Positions 39,350 to 52,710 of a stretch of DNA of 64,000 nt are shown here, piece by piece. The first letter of the stretch is position 1, and every line of letters begins with the position of its first letter. Source of the DNA: Octopus sinensis (lineage: Eukaryota); assembly GCF_006345805.1 (NCBI RefSeq), contig NC_042999.1:44082001-44146000 (forward strand). Reading direction: 5' to 3'. The notes beneath the pieces are model-generated. The model worked only from the letters and a program-made list of their open reading frames with translations, ran no database searches and was not told the DNA's origin. The translations under genes and the position numbers were made by a program.

Positions 39350-39844
39350 ATACAAATCACATCATTGAAATCTCAAAGCTCCAAGATAATGCATCATTAA
39401 TTCAAAACAATACAAACTAATAAATATTGAATTTGATAGAGTAATCTGAATACTAAAGGAATTACAAAATTAATTAATTTATGCAATAATGAATTTCAAA
39501 CTTGCATGTGTAAAGAAAGCATGGCTTAGTGGTTATAGGTATTCAGCTCACAATTGTACAGTCATGAATTCGATTACTGGTGGTGTATTGGATCCTTGGG
39601 CTAAATGCTTTGTTTCACATTACTCCAGTTCACTTAGCTGGTAAAAATGGGTAGTACCTGTAATTCAAAGGAACCAGCCTTGTCACATTGTGTTACTCTG
39701 AATCTCTCTGAGATCTACATTAAGGGTACACGTGTCTGCAGAATGCTCGGCCACTTGCACGTTAATTTCACCTGGAACCCTCATCTTTGTAACGGACAGA
39801 GTGCCAGTTACTATTTCCACATAAGGTTGCTGAGCTAGCACACT

Positions 39845-40017
39845 TACTATTTTACCTGTTTCAGTCATTTGAGTGCGGCCATGCTGGAGCACCGCCTTTA
39901 GTCGAGCAAATCGACCCCCAAGTATTTATTCTATCGGTCTCTTTCTGCCGAACCGCTAAGTTATGGGGGCGTAAACACACCAGCATCAGTTGTCAAGCAA
40001 TCTTGGGGACACACACA

Positions 40018-40068
<51 letters not shown>

Positions 40069-40258
40069 CATACACACATATACATACACACACACATACA
40101 CACACGACGGGTTTCTTTCAGTTTCCATCTACCAAATCCACTCACAAGGCTTTGGTCAGCCTGAGGCTATAATAGAAGACACTTGCCCAAGGTGCCACGC
40201 AGTGGGAATGAACCTGGAACCATGTGGTTCGTAAGCGAGCTACTTACCACACAGCCAC
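39845..40258 (-). mobile_element. SINE family B
   Basis: Reverse complement of B with an expanded (TA)n interior. Confidence 0.9.
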
Positions 40259-40586
40259 ATGCATTGCAGTTATTTATGGCTTCCAGCTCTTTATGAATTC
40301 AAATCCTGCTTGTGTCAGTTTTACTTTCCGGGATTGATGAATTAAATTACCAATCAAGTACTGGGGTTGATGGTATCACTAACCTCTTCACTCAAATTTT
40401 AGGTCTTGTCTCTGTATTAAAGACAGCTATTTTTGCACAAAGGCAGAATTGGAGATGGTATTTTTTTGCTATGGTAAATTTAGCTTCTTCTGCTATGGGC
40501 CAGAGAAATATATCTCGGTAATATTGTCACTGCAGATTCAGAATTAAGAGTCACTTGTGTCATATATTTATTTAGTCTTCCCTTAA

Positions 40587-40818
40587 TCCTTAAGCATTCC
40601 GATTACTCTATCAAATGTAATGTTTGCCTATTCACACTGTTTTGACTTAATCATGCATTATATCATACCTTCAAGATTTCAATGATGTGATTTTTTATTT
40701 TTAGAATGACATTGTAGGATAGGTATGAGAGGCTGGATCTGACCAATTTGAACATAAAAGAAGAGATAGAATATTTTGGCCAGGTGTGGCCAGTTTAAAT
40801 GCTCAATGTACTAAAGGG
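40587..40818. mobile_element. piggyBac-like MITE (family D)
   Basis: TTAA-flanked, AAAGGG|TTAA end. Related copies at 42662-42875, 51558-51774 and 59718-59900, with fragments at ~1720-1860 and ~39350-39470. Confidence 0.75.
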
Positions 40819-41041
40819 TTAAAACATTAGATTTTTCTTTCAGAAACCTCTCCTACTAACAGCATTAGCCTGTTGCTTAATATTCTGTACTATAACCATG
40901 TTGCCTGTGATATACCAGCACATTATTTTCTTTCAGAATATGAAAATAATGCTTGCAGTGAGACAACTCTCAATCAAATGACTAGTAAAATACTGCTGTT
41001 GAAAACAAAGAAAAAATTCGATTAATCTTTATATATATATA

Positions 41042-41234
41042 TACACACAAAATTAAGAGGAATGTCCACTAAAGTGGACACCCTATATGCTAAACATAGA
41101 TGTCAAATCGCTATTGCCATGAAGAATGTGTTCTCAAGAAAAAAAGACATTCTTCGTGGTAATGGTGATTTGACGTCTATGTTTAGCATATAGGGTGTCC
41201 ACTTTAGTGGTCATTCCTTTTAATTTTGTATGTA
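41042..41234. mobile_element. Tc1/mariner-like fold-back MITE with ~88-bp TIRs
   Basis: TA-bounded arms AAAATTAAGAGGAATGTCCACTAAAGTGGACACCC... and their reverse complement, ~90% identical, 17-nt loop. Confidence 0.8.
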
Positions 41235-43154
41235 ACGCAATTTTTAATCTTCGGATTTTTAAATATCCTAAGCCACTGGTTTTAATTGATTAACATCAAT
41301 TTCTACCCTTATTATATATATATATATATATATATTTACTTTTTCATAAGTAAGAAAGAAAAACTTGTATTCATTGTTTAGAAAATTATTAAATTTTTAA
41401 AAATTTTAATTCATCTTTTTATTCTTTATATAACCACACGTGGCTGACCCTGGTTTTATGATACATACTTCTCATTTGAAAGTGATTTAAAATCCTTCCA
41501 TCAATATCTCGTGTCAAATTAAGTTCCAAACATCGGTTTAACGATAGTTATTTTAACAAATTTTTATCAAAATCTCGTGTCAAATTAAATTCCAAACATC
41601 GGTTTAACAATAGTTATTTTAACAAATTTTTCATTATTTACAAAATTAACTGAAAGTCAATGTATTTTTAACCAAAAATAAAATATGGTAACAAATAGGG
41701 TTAAATGTAGTTTATTTGTACCAGCTATTTATCAATATGGAATGCCAGCATATGGGATTAGAATCACTTTTAAGTTTGCAGTAAGTGATCTAGTGAGCCC
41801 ATTGCAGACAGACCAACAGCTATAAATAGTCAACATGGGTTAATCATGTTGATAACATTTCGATTTGTCATGTCCCCACCCCCCAACAATCCATATCAAG
41901 TGCTTTATCAGTCCAGCTTTGATGTACTTCTCCTAGTTGGGGGACAATCAGTAATCTACTATTTCAAGCTAATCAATCTTGTAATAAGAATTAGGTTCTC
42001 ATATAGTCAGCAATGAGAATATTCAACTTAATTACAGTTAATGCATTGCCAAATATGGATCTTTCATTTCAACAAATTTCTTTCATTTTTTTTTTTTGTG
42101 CTAGATTTTTTTTTATTTGTTATTGGATAGGTATGCATGAGTACCTGGTGGTTTCTTGTGTTTGTGTGTTTGTTTGGCAATAACACTATTGAAAGTAACT
42201 TTATCTCAAGATAGCTCTATCTTAGGAATTCTCTCATCCTTTTTGCTTTCATTACTGATAGGGTGGGATTATAGCTTGGCTGCAGCCATACTACATAATA
42301 TTCACTTTCCTAAAAACAAACATTACATAAATGTGTGTATGTCTTTATCTTTAATACTATCTCTCTTTTTCTTCTCCTGTCTTTTCCAACTAGGGTAGCC
42401 AAGTATCTCCTCTATTTTAACCTCTCATGTAGCACAAAGCCACTTCCCTCAATGCTACTACTACTCCCGTTTGTGGGGTGGTCTTTATTCTGTAAGTTAC
42501 TTGGTGACCCCCATGGATGCTGATGCCATGTAAAAAGCACCTAGTACACTGTGAAATAGCTGATATTAGGAAGAGCAGACAGTGGAGCCCGGTGCAGTTC
42601 TCTGGCTTGCCAGCTCCTAGCAAACCATTTAAACCATGCTAGCTTCAAAAACAGGCATGAACCCTTTGGCATTTGAACCGACCATATCCAGCCACAATAT
42701 TCTGTTTTATGCGCCAACTGATCAGACCTTGCCTCTTACACCAACCTTACAATATCATTCTAAAAATTAAGTTACTTCGTCAAAATAACAAAACTAAAAG
42801 ATAATGCATGATTAATTCAAAACGATGTCAATAAATAAGCATTACTTTTGACAGAGTAATTGGAACACTAAAGGGTTAAATGATGATGATGATGATGGTG
42901 GCGGCGGCGGCAGGTGAGTGGGTGGGTGGGTGTTAAAAATTACCTCAAGCATTCGGACCAGGTCTCCTAGCTGAGGAACCTTTCTCCTTTCCTCTAGCTT
43001 GGTGAACCTGTGAAAGCCATGCTATTGCCTTCCCTCTTGACTAAAAGGTAAAGAAAAGAAAAAATTGAAACCACTTGTGAAACACACTTTCTAATGCCAA
43101 GCATTTAAGAGTATTGTAGGGTGTTTTTTTTATATGTCGGTTCTAAGAAAATTA

Positions 43155-43358
43155 CGGAGATGTACTTGCATAGCAAGTGACCTGATCTGAGATCGTGTGC
43201 TGGAACGAAAACAATTGCAGCGTGGAAGGTGTTTATAAGTCATTTAAGAAACACACAAAACCCGTTAGATTCACTTCAACATTTAAATTTAATTTGCCAA
43301 AATAGTTTCGTCGCTTTGAGACCTCGACCTGTTCACTGACAAAATTCCATGCTGCATC
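43155..43358 (-). mobile_element. 204-bp insertion flanked by a 13-bp TSD, carrying a hammerhead-like motif (Penelope-like or other retroelement remnant)
   Basis: TCTAAGAAAATTA at 43142-43154 and 43359-43371. Interior is CpG-richer than the flanks. Confidence 0.7.
43293..43343 (-). ncRNA. Minimal hammerhead motif with G3:C8 swapped core (GUGAACA)
   Basis: - strand UUUGUCA GUGAACA G GUCG-(11 nt)-CGAC GAA ACUAUU U/UGGCAAA: 7-bp stem I (one G-U), 4-bp stem II, near-palindromic stem III. Confidence 0.55.
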
Positions 43359-43552
43359 TCTAAGAAAATTATTTCTGCAAAACTCCATAGTTATGTCTTC
43401 TGGTAGTTCTGGTAAACTTGGCTTTTATATTATGTGCCCTAAGGGTAATTTGTCAACCTCACAGCAATTAAACAGATTACATAGCTAGAATATGACACAC
43501 GTAAACTCAAAGGCCTGTAGAAAATTGAAGACTCCCAGAGATGACAGCATAT

Positions 43553-43593
<41 letters not shown>

Positions 43594-44569
43594 AAAATGG
43601 GATTAAAAAATTTGGACAGATATCAATAGCATATATTCTTTTTTTAGGTGATAAAGGTATGTCCTTTAAAGATGTGTAAAAGAATGTGTTGTGTGTGTGT
43701 TGATATATATCAGTTACATTAATACATATGTCTCAAAGGTCCTTTATTTTCTATAACACAGGACAAATGCTACAAGACGTTAATTCCATCTAATACTCTA
43801 ATGATTCTGCTAATTCACTTGATACCCAGAGTTTTAATGCTGCCATGGTCAACCTTGTTTGTTGTTCTTTTGTGTGGTTAGTACAAAAAGTAATAATCCA
43901 GGGTGTCAGATGGGTGGAACTATAAAACAAATAGGACTTGGATACCTTGCAGTATTTGTTCCAGTTCTTTGCATTTCAAGTTCAAATCTTACTGTGGCTT
44001 ACTAGAATTAATCAGTCACTCAGTTTAACACCTCCAACTGGCAGTGCCTTTAATAAACTCCACCCTGTTGCAAGCATTTAAGTTAGGTCTCCAGTTTTGG
44101 AGTCCCTGTAGTAAAGTGTCATGGGTATTGCCTTCCATATATCTGTCTTCACTGTCCACTATTCTGAGAAGGGTTGTGGGGATAAAATCCTCAGGTATCT
44201 CCTCCATAGGGTCCTTCCCAAACATGGTCAACCAGCACTTGGGATATTACCTACCTATCTCATTCTTAATCTATCCCTAGGTCTCTTGCTGATTGGTTCA
44301 GTTTGAAGAATCCTATCTTGTGATCCTTTCCTTCTAATCACATATTTCCATAGTACCAGGGACGTGGTATCTCAATGCAGTACAGAGACATGGTGGTTTG
44401 ACTTGGAGAGATTTCCTGTTCTCTGAGCTATGCATTCTGACACATAATGTTATTCCACATTTCCTTCAGAGGAACCCCATTTTGGCCCCAGGAAATGGGC
44501 CTTGCTCATTCTATAAAAGCATAGCATTAAAAGTAGTTAAACAGCAGATACTTTTACAATGATTGTGAA

Positions 44570-44794
44570 GGTGTGGCGAGCTGGCAGAATTGTTAGCAGG
44601 TCAGGCGAAATGCTTAGTGGTATTTCGTCTGCCGTTACGTTGTGGGTTCAAATTCCGCCGAGGTCGACTTTGCCTTTCATCCTTTCGGGGTCGATAAATT
44701 AAGTACCAGTTACGCACTGGAGTCGATGTAATCGACTTAATACATATGTCTGTCCCCTCTATGTTTAGCCCCTTGTGGATAATAAAGAAATAGG
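44570..44794 (+). mobile_element. SINE family A
   Basis: Full-length match to other A copies. Confidence 0.9.
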
Positions 44795-46080
44795 TACATT
44801 AAAACTGAGCAGAAATGCATACAAAGAAAAATAACATGCTTGAATTGTAATTCATGCATAGGCAATATTTCGGTATACAGTATTAATAAAAAGGGTTTGA
44901 ATAAAAATGTTTTAAAAAATATATGCATGCAGTCATGTTTACACAAGTCGATTAAAACAGTCGTGTGCTGTGTAAATAGTATTACTAATGTACGTGACCT
45001 TGCAGAAAAAGATAATGGTGGTTGGTGTTCCATTAAGCTAAAGTGTGCCTCATAGTGAAACTAACTGAACATGTAGTAGTAATTTACTCTGTTCTGTTGA
45101 GGCAAACCCAAAAGCTAATTGCTAGGTAAGAGGGAACTTTTGCCATCACTGTTTTTGTTTTAATAAATTTAGAAATTTTTTTTAATTATTATACAATCAA
45201 GATTTTCCTTTGCATCACACTCTTTATTGTGAATATTAAATATAACTCAAATAGAGAAACAATTTTACTCATTTATTACATGACATGGATCATTTTTTAA
45301 ATTTTATTTTATCCATTACTGATTTTAGTCATCGTCGTAGTACCATCTTCAAAGATTTCTAGTTATCATATCAACTCTAGTGCTTCTTTCTATTTGGTAC
45401 TCCTTTTCTGCATCCTAATGTGGCCATTTCCTCAACTTCAATAAGGTCCTGCTTTTTTTCTTGCTAAAACGTTTGTCTTTGCCCCTTAATTCTATGGTTT
45501 GCTTCCAAGTATGAAACTTATCCTGTAAATGTTTGATAGTTTCAGCTATGAGGAGTACTTCTTTGGTAAACATGAGTTGCAAGTAACAACAAGTCTTAAA
45601 CTCCTCTATTATGGTCCAGAGAACTGTAATATAATAGATGTGCACACACACACACACACACACATTGGTTGGTTGAATGAGCTGCTACAAACAAAACATT
45701 GAAGTTTCAATTAACCTAATATATACATGTGTGACAAATTTGATTCTACTGAAAGTATTATTCTTTGTAAATGTTTGTTGCTTTTTATAATTTGAAAAGT
45801 CTAACGTTAACACTTGTATAGGGGCAAAATTATATAACACATAGATGAGATAAACAACAAGAAAAAACAGAGTGTACTAGGTTGATGCTCAGCAGATGAT
45901 GAAAACAAAAAATATGAAATAAATTACCTTTAAGTTTTGAGTATTTACTCTTCTTCTGAAAAGACAAACATGGAGAGAAAAAATTAGAAGGGCAAAAAAG
46001 AGAAACTGAGATACAACCATATGGAACTGCAGAAGCTTTTAATGATATATATGTGTGTGTATATATATATATATATATAT

Positions 46081-46490
46081 CATCATCATCGTTTAACATC
46101 TATTTTCCATGCTAGCATGGATTGGATGGTTCGACTGGGGTCTGGGAAGCCAGAAGGCTGCACCAAACTCCAGTCTGATCTGGCAGTGTTTCTACTGCTG
46201 GATGCCCTTCCTAACGCCAACCACTCTGTGAGTGTAGTGGGTGCTTTTTACGTGCAACCAGCACAGGTATCATAACTACAATTTCTATTTGATTTTTATT
46301 TTGATGTTGATGTACTTGACTCAAAAGGTCTCCTCAAGCACAGCAGGTTGCCCTACGATCCAAGGTAAGCACAGCAGGCCGTCCTGCAATCCAAGGTACT
46401 TTGGATGGGCTGGGGCTGCTATATGAAGCTGGTGCAGGAAACAGCCATGAACTCGCGTTATTTGTTGGGTCTTTGCAGTCACATCATATC
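46081..46490 (-). mobile_element. Family C retroposon (long copy)
   Basis: (CAT)n tail at the left; reverse complement of 11170-11575 plus the 3' tail. Confidence 0.85.
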
Positions 46491-46579
46491 TATATATATA
46501 TATATATATATATATATAACTTCTGCTCAGTTTCTGGCTACCAAATTTCACTCATAAAGTGTTACCAATTCTGAGTCTT

Positions 46580-46664
<85 letters not shown>

Positions 46665-46753
46665 GTGTGTGTGTGTGCTGCATGGTGAGATTAAATTAAA
46701 AACCATAGTCTTAGTCACACTTATTTGTCTATTTATTTATTTATTTATTTTTC

Positions 46754-46799
46754 AAAAATACTAAAGAGGTTTTCAAAAAAAAACCTCTTTAGTATTTTT
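46754..46799. repeat. Perfect 20-bp stem hairpin
   Basis: AAAAATACTAAAGAGGTTTT-CAAAAA-AAAACCTCTTTAGTATTTTT. Confidence 0.9.
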
Positions 46800-47235
46800 T
46801 TTACTGGATATTCAACTATATTATGGCAGTTATAATTTATTTGCATTTACTTTTATGTGTTGAGGAAGTAGTATCAAAAAATCTACCAAATAATACTACA
46901 AACTGATTGGCAAGGGATGGGGTTGTTTTTGTGCTTTTCATTTTTTCAAATTTCTTTTTCATTTCTGGTGACGTTAGTTTCTCCACCATTCTCCCACAAC
47001 CTCGTCTTTGTTAACTAAAGTGTCATTAAGGTCTTGTCTATGTGCTTGTTCATGCATGTGTACGTGCATGTGTGTGTGTGCACACGAGTGAGCATTTTAA
47101 CTGTTAGGCAACGTTTCATTGGCTTTCATATTCAAATTTAAAATTTAACTGTAGATTATTCACACCCACTTCCAACTTCATTTCAAAATATTCATAATTT
47201 AAACAAACATGTACACAAAATAATTTTTATTCATG

Positions 47236-47282
<47 letters not shown>

Positions 47283-50200
47283 CCCTCTCTCTCTCACACC
47301 ACCATCATCATTATTTATTGTCCGGTTTCCATGCTGGCATGAGGTAAATGGTTTGACAGGAGCTGGCTAGGTAGGAGATAGCATCGGGCTTCAGTCCATT
47401 TTGGCATGGTTTTTACAGCTGGATGCTCTTCCTAACCCCAACCATCTTGCACACACACACACACACATCTTTTTTTTTTTTCTTTTGTTTCAGTCATTGA
47501 ACTGCACCCATATTGGGGCACCAGCTAGATCAACCCCTGTACTTGTTTTTAAGTTTGGCCCTTAACCCTTTAACATACAGTCAAAATATCTTCTTTTTGG
47601 TACAATACAAAGAGGTATGACTTAATACTTATCTGATGAAGTGCAAGTCCAATATATTCAACCACACACATTTTTCTATTATCTTTTACTCTTTTCAATC
47701 ATTGGACTGCAATTATGCTGAAGCACCACATTCGAGGGCTTAGTTGAACTAAATGACCCCATTACTTATTTTGGTTAAACCTTCCTGGAGCAGGCTGTGT
47801 GTTGTATCCTTGAGCAAAGCACTTTATTCCATGTTGCTCCAGTTCACTCAGCTGTAGAAATGGGTTGTGACTCACTGGTGCCAAACTGTATCAGCCTTTG
47901 CCTTTCCCTTGGATAACATCGGTGGTGTGGAGAAGGGAGACTGGTATGCATGGACGACTGCTGGTCTTCCATAAATAACCTTGCCTGGACTTGTGCCTCG
48001 GAGGGGAACTTTCTTGGTGCAATCCCATGGTCATTCATGACCGGGGGGGGGGTTACCCTCATTTAAGCTTAGTACTTATTCTACTAGTGTCTTTGGCCAA
48101 ACTGCTAAGTTACAAGGATGTAAACAAACCAATACTGGTTATCGAGCAATGGGTGAGGGACAAACCCAAATACAAAGACACATGCACATTTGCACAACAA
48201 GGATGTAAACAAACCAATACTGGTTGTTAAGCAGTGGGTGAGAGACAAACCCAAATACAAAGACACATGCACATTTGTACAGCAAGCTTCCACACATTTT
48301 CCATCTGCCAAATTCACTCCCAAAGCTTTGGTCAGCCTGGGACTATAGTAAAAGATACTTGCCCAAGGTACCGCACAATGGGACTGAACCTGAAACCACA
48401 TGGTTGGGAAGTGAACTTCTTGACCACATAGCCATAGCAAGTCTTTGAATCCACAATGGGAGCTGATGTGTGGATAATAGAAATAAGAAGCCAATAAATA
48501 CCCACCCCATCTCCTTTTTGTCTTCCTCCTCCGTTATTACCACTCTGAGAAGCTATAGGACCTGCTTTGTATGCTGAGAAACTAATAAAATGGTTAGTCG
48601 ACATTAGTAATTATCAAGTTCAGTGGCATACATCCTTAAATGATTGTTGATGACCGAATTCTTTTTCCTGTCCATCATTTGTGGACTTGTCTTTGCAGAA
48701 CTGTGTGTGTATTTGTGGAGGTTTTTGTTATGTTTTTTTGTCCTGTTTCGTTTATTTTCATAACAGTGTCTTTCCTCGGTTATCAAGTGCAAATCGTTAT
48801 CTGGATTCTCCATCTCTGTGGACTCTTTCTGGTATATACACAGATAAAAGATAAAAATTATTCCAATGGATACACTTAGGCCTTCCTTAGTCTACATACA
48901 GTTTTAATGTGTACATATGTTGATGCACATCAACGCTCACAATAAATACACATATATATGCAATCAACTAATCAATCTAAAAAAATCAATATAGGATGGG
49001 TTTCAATGGACTTTTTTTTCCTTTCTATACAGGATACTTTATATTTTGTTTTATTGCTGTTTTGTTATTGTTTCTGCTTCTTTTGTTTCCACAGGACAGT
49101 TTGCTTGGGGACCTTTATTTGTTTTTCCCCACCCATCCAATTTGTGATACAAAATTTTTCTCATACCCTTCAGGAGAGTGTTCATTGTATTTGTACACAC
49201 TTCATTTAAGAGCTGATGTACAGATATTCATATATCTGTGTGTTTATATGTGTTCCTATATCTAGTTAATAATCTGTTGGTGATCCCAAGCTAACTATAT
49301 TGATAGTAAATATTAATTTGATAGTTATTGTGTCTAAGAAACACAACACTGATTTGCATCATTTTTCTCCAGATTTCCATAGAAAATCAGTACTCTAATT
49401 GAACAGACTTAAGATCAAAATTATTACAGCTATGACTATCCATTTTTTTTTTATTCATAGAATGTCATCCTATGGGTTTCTCCTGTCTCAAGACAGTAAG
49501 AAATGATTCAAGGGTAATGTAGCTGCTATTTCTAGTAAACCAGGCAACCACATATAGGATCATGCATTGGCTTGTGCTGATAATTTTAATGTATATTGTG
49601 GTGGCTACATTTTAAAATAATTGCCTGGTTAAATATAGGAATATTTCCATGAACTTTAGAAAAGTTGAGTCAGAATGCATAAGGACTTTATAGTCGCTTT
49701 TGTAGATTTCTCATTCTTATCTATTGATAGATATACCATTATGTCTCTGGACAGGGATCTAAATTTTATATATGTAACTCTTCTCACATAGATTGAGACT
49801 TAAAATGCACTAGATGCTTATCTTTTGCAGTAAATATTTTTAACAGGTATATCTTTTGCAAAGAAAGCTAACTAAAAATAATATGATGAATTTTGAACTT
49901 GGAACCTTTAGATCAATAGATCATTTATAAAGTCATTTAGCAATTTTGCCCTTGTTACTTATAATATTTATTCAATTTGTCACATTATTGACTTCTGCAG
50001 ATTGTAACTGCTAACATGAACACTGTGCTACTAGCAAGTAATTGGTATTGTCTTGCATTAACGGAAGTCATGCCAACTAGTGCAAAGAAAGTGCTTTAAA
50101 AATAAATAACTCTAGTGGCAACAGCAACTACAACGTAAATGCAAACCATTATTACTACTACTATTACTACTACTGTATATATTTTACATCTATCTTTTTT

Positions 50201-51847
50201 TAAAGTGGGTCAGTTGGTCTATTGAGGACCATGTTTAATTAAAAACAAAAGACAAATATCACACACATGTACAAATGTTGACATTAAAGAAGATTGGTCT
50301 GTTTTTTTTTAATGACTCATAGTGGACACAGTAGAGTCCATGACCCATTTCAAGGCTTTCAAGACAAGCTGGGGGGAGGAGGTTGTCCTCAGACCAGAGG
50401 CCTGGGCCTAAAGCTGGTATAGGGGACTTATCTACTTAAGCCCTTCATTCTCTGTAGAGAAGAGATCATTGATGACTTTTCTCTACTGTTCTGTCTCAGG
50501 GCTGTCTTTTCTGCTCCTCTCCATTTGGATCCCTGCTTTTTTTTCACTCTGTCTCAGTATTTTGCTATGTGTTTCCCTGAGGGAAAGCCTTCTCCCAGGT
50601 TTTGTAGGTTTTAAATTGTCATTGATGCTTCTCTAACTTGGCCTTTTTTTTCTAGGTAGGGGTGTTGGGACCCATTTTTGTCTCTGGGAAGTGGTGGTCC
50701 ATATTAATCTGGCCTCTTTCATTTGACCTGTCTTGCATGGAAGCCCCTATCAGGAGCTTGCAATTCGATGGCATAACTCTGAGCATCATTGAGGCACATT
50801 AACCATTACACTGCAACATGACTGGACCTTGTGGTCGGTACTGGGTGGATCCTACTAAAGACAACCAAAAGGCTGGTGGTGGAGGCAGTGCCCCCACCCC
50901 AGTAACAGATTAAACAAGATAATATTATTTGACACTTCTGAGCAATTATTGTTATGTAAAATATGATTCACTAAGCCCCAGGGAGGTTTTTAAGAGTTAG
51001 TGCTTTGCTCTGTTTCATGCATGAAAAATAATTTCCACATGGAATCATTTTATCACATGCAGTTGTTTAGTTCCAGGTTAGTCCACATTGTGAAGAACTA
51101 TAATCAAAGGCTGTGATCAGCACATGTTTGTTTAATGTATCCAGTGCTACATTCTTTAATGCATGTCTGTTTTCCCTTTTTAAAAATAGTAGGGTGTGAT
51201 TCAAGGGAGATTTGGTTGACATTTCTATGATTATGTAGATGTTCACTATTTCTTTGGTTTCCTTACCATAAGTAACATTCCCAGGTGATCTGGTACCTCT
51301 ATTGCTGATAGTTAAATCATGTTGACACAAGGTAGAATAAAGTGTTCTGATGTGAAACAGAAGTGTATGCAGCAGATTTTGTCACACTAGAGCATTGTAC
51401 AAAATGTTTTGTAGTATTTGTTTCAGCTGTTTGCATTCTGGGTTCAAATCTTGCCAAGTTCAACTTTGCCTTTCATTTTCCCAGTGTTGATACAATTTCA
51501 AATTTCTGGTTTTGTGCCTATTATGTCAGAAATCATTATGAAGGCATTCATATTTAGCCCCATAAGCATTTAAACCAGCCATATCTGACCAAAATATTCT
51601 ACCTGTTTTATGTTCAAACTAACTAGATCTGGTCTTTCTCTCGCCTACCTTACAACATCATTGTTAAAATAGACAATCACATCACTGAAATATCAAAGCC
51701 ACAAGAAATTGCATGATTAATTCAAAAGAATGTTTATAAATGTTACGTTTGACAGAAATCTGAATGCTAAAGGGTTATATTAAAATCTTGATCAAAATTT
51801 CATAAGATTAACAATGTGGTGTTGCTCAGCATCAGCCATAAAATATA

Positions 51848-52710
51848 GATAACCCCCTCACTACTTCGCGGATTTTTAAAATATATATAAATATATATGA
51901 ATGCCTAAAATTTTTCATTAAATCCATTAAAATATTAATAATAAATATTATTTTCTAGCCTAGGAACATCAAAAGTGTAAAATAGCAAAAAAGTATATAC
52001 GGGGGCAGGAGTGGCTGTGTGGTAAGTAGCTTGTTTACCAACCACATGGTTCCAGGTTCAGTCCCACTGCATGGCACCTTGGGCAAGTGTCTTCTACTAT
52101 AGCCTCGGGCCGACCAAAGCCTTGTGAGTGGATTTGGTAACGGAAACTGAAAGAAGCATGTCGTATATATGTATATATATATATATGCGTGTGTGTGTTT
52201 ATCCCCCTAGCATTGCTTGACAACCGATGCTGGTGTGTTTATGTCCTCGTTAGTTAGCGGTTCGGCAAAAAGAGACCGATAGAATAAGTACTGGGCTTAC
52301 AAAAGAATTAGTCCTGGGGTCGATTTGCTCGACTAAAGGCGGTGCTCCAGCATGGCTGCAGTCAAATGACTGAAACAAGTAAAGTAAAGTAAAGGGGTAT
52401 TTGAACTTAAGACAGGCTGTGATTGGTGCACTAGGGAGAGACGACGAATTACAGCTTTCTATTTTGTAACTGGCCTGTGTAACAGTAACAATCTTTATGT
52501 TTTTTTAAATCTAAAGTGTTATTGCTTAACAGTTGTCCTTGTTATTAATAGATTACTGTAATGGGTGGGTTGTTGACAGTACAGGGAGGGTTTTAAAAGT
52601 CCAAATACACGTTAAATAAATACTGTAAATATGGTGTCCCTACTTCACGGAAATTCAGTTATCACGGGCGGTCTCAGAACCAATTTACCGTGATAAACGA
52701 GGGATCACTG
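51848..52710. mobile_element. Tigger/pogo-like non-autonomous DNA transposon interrupted by a SINE
   Basis: Right end ...CTACTTCACGGAAATTCAGTTATCACGGG...GAGGGATCACTG|TA; left subterminal CTACTTCGCGGATTTT. Confidence 0.65.
52002..52393 (+). mobile_element. SINE family B nested in a Tigger-like DNA element
   Basis: Full-length B with (AAAGT)n tail. Confidence 0.9.

Noticed and set aside
47630-47660. CTGATGA motifs (also ~10207 and ~13401) as canonical hammerheads
   Set aside because: No downstream stem II/GAAA/UH arrangement could be built.
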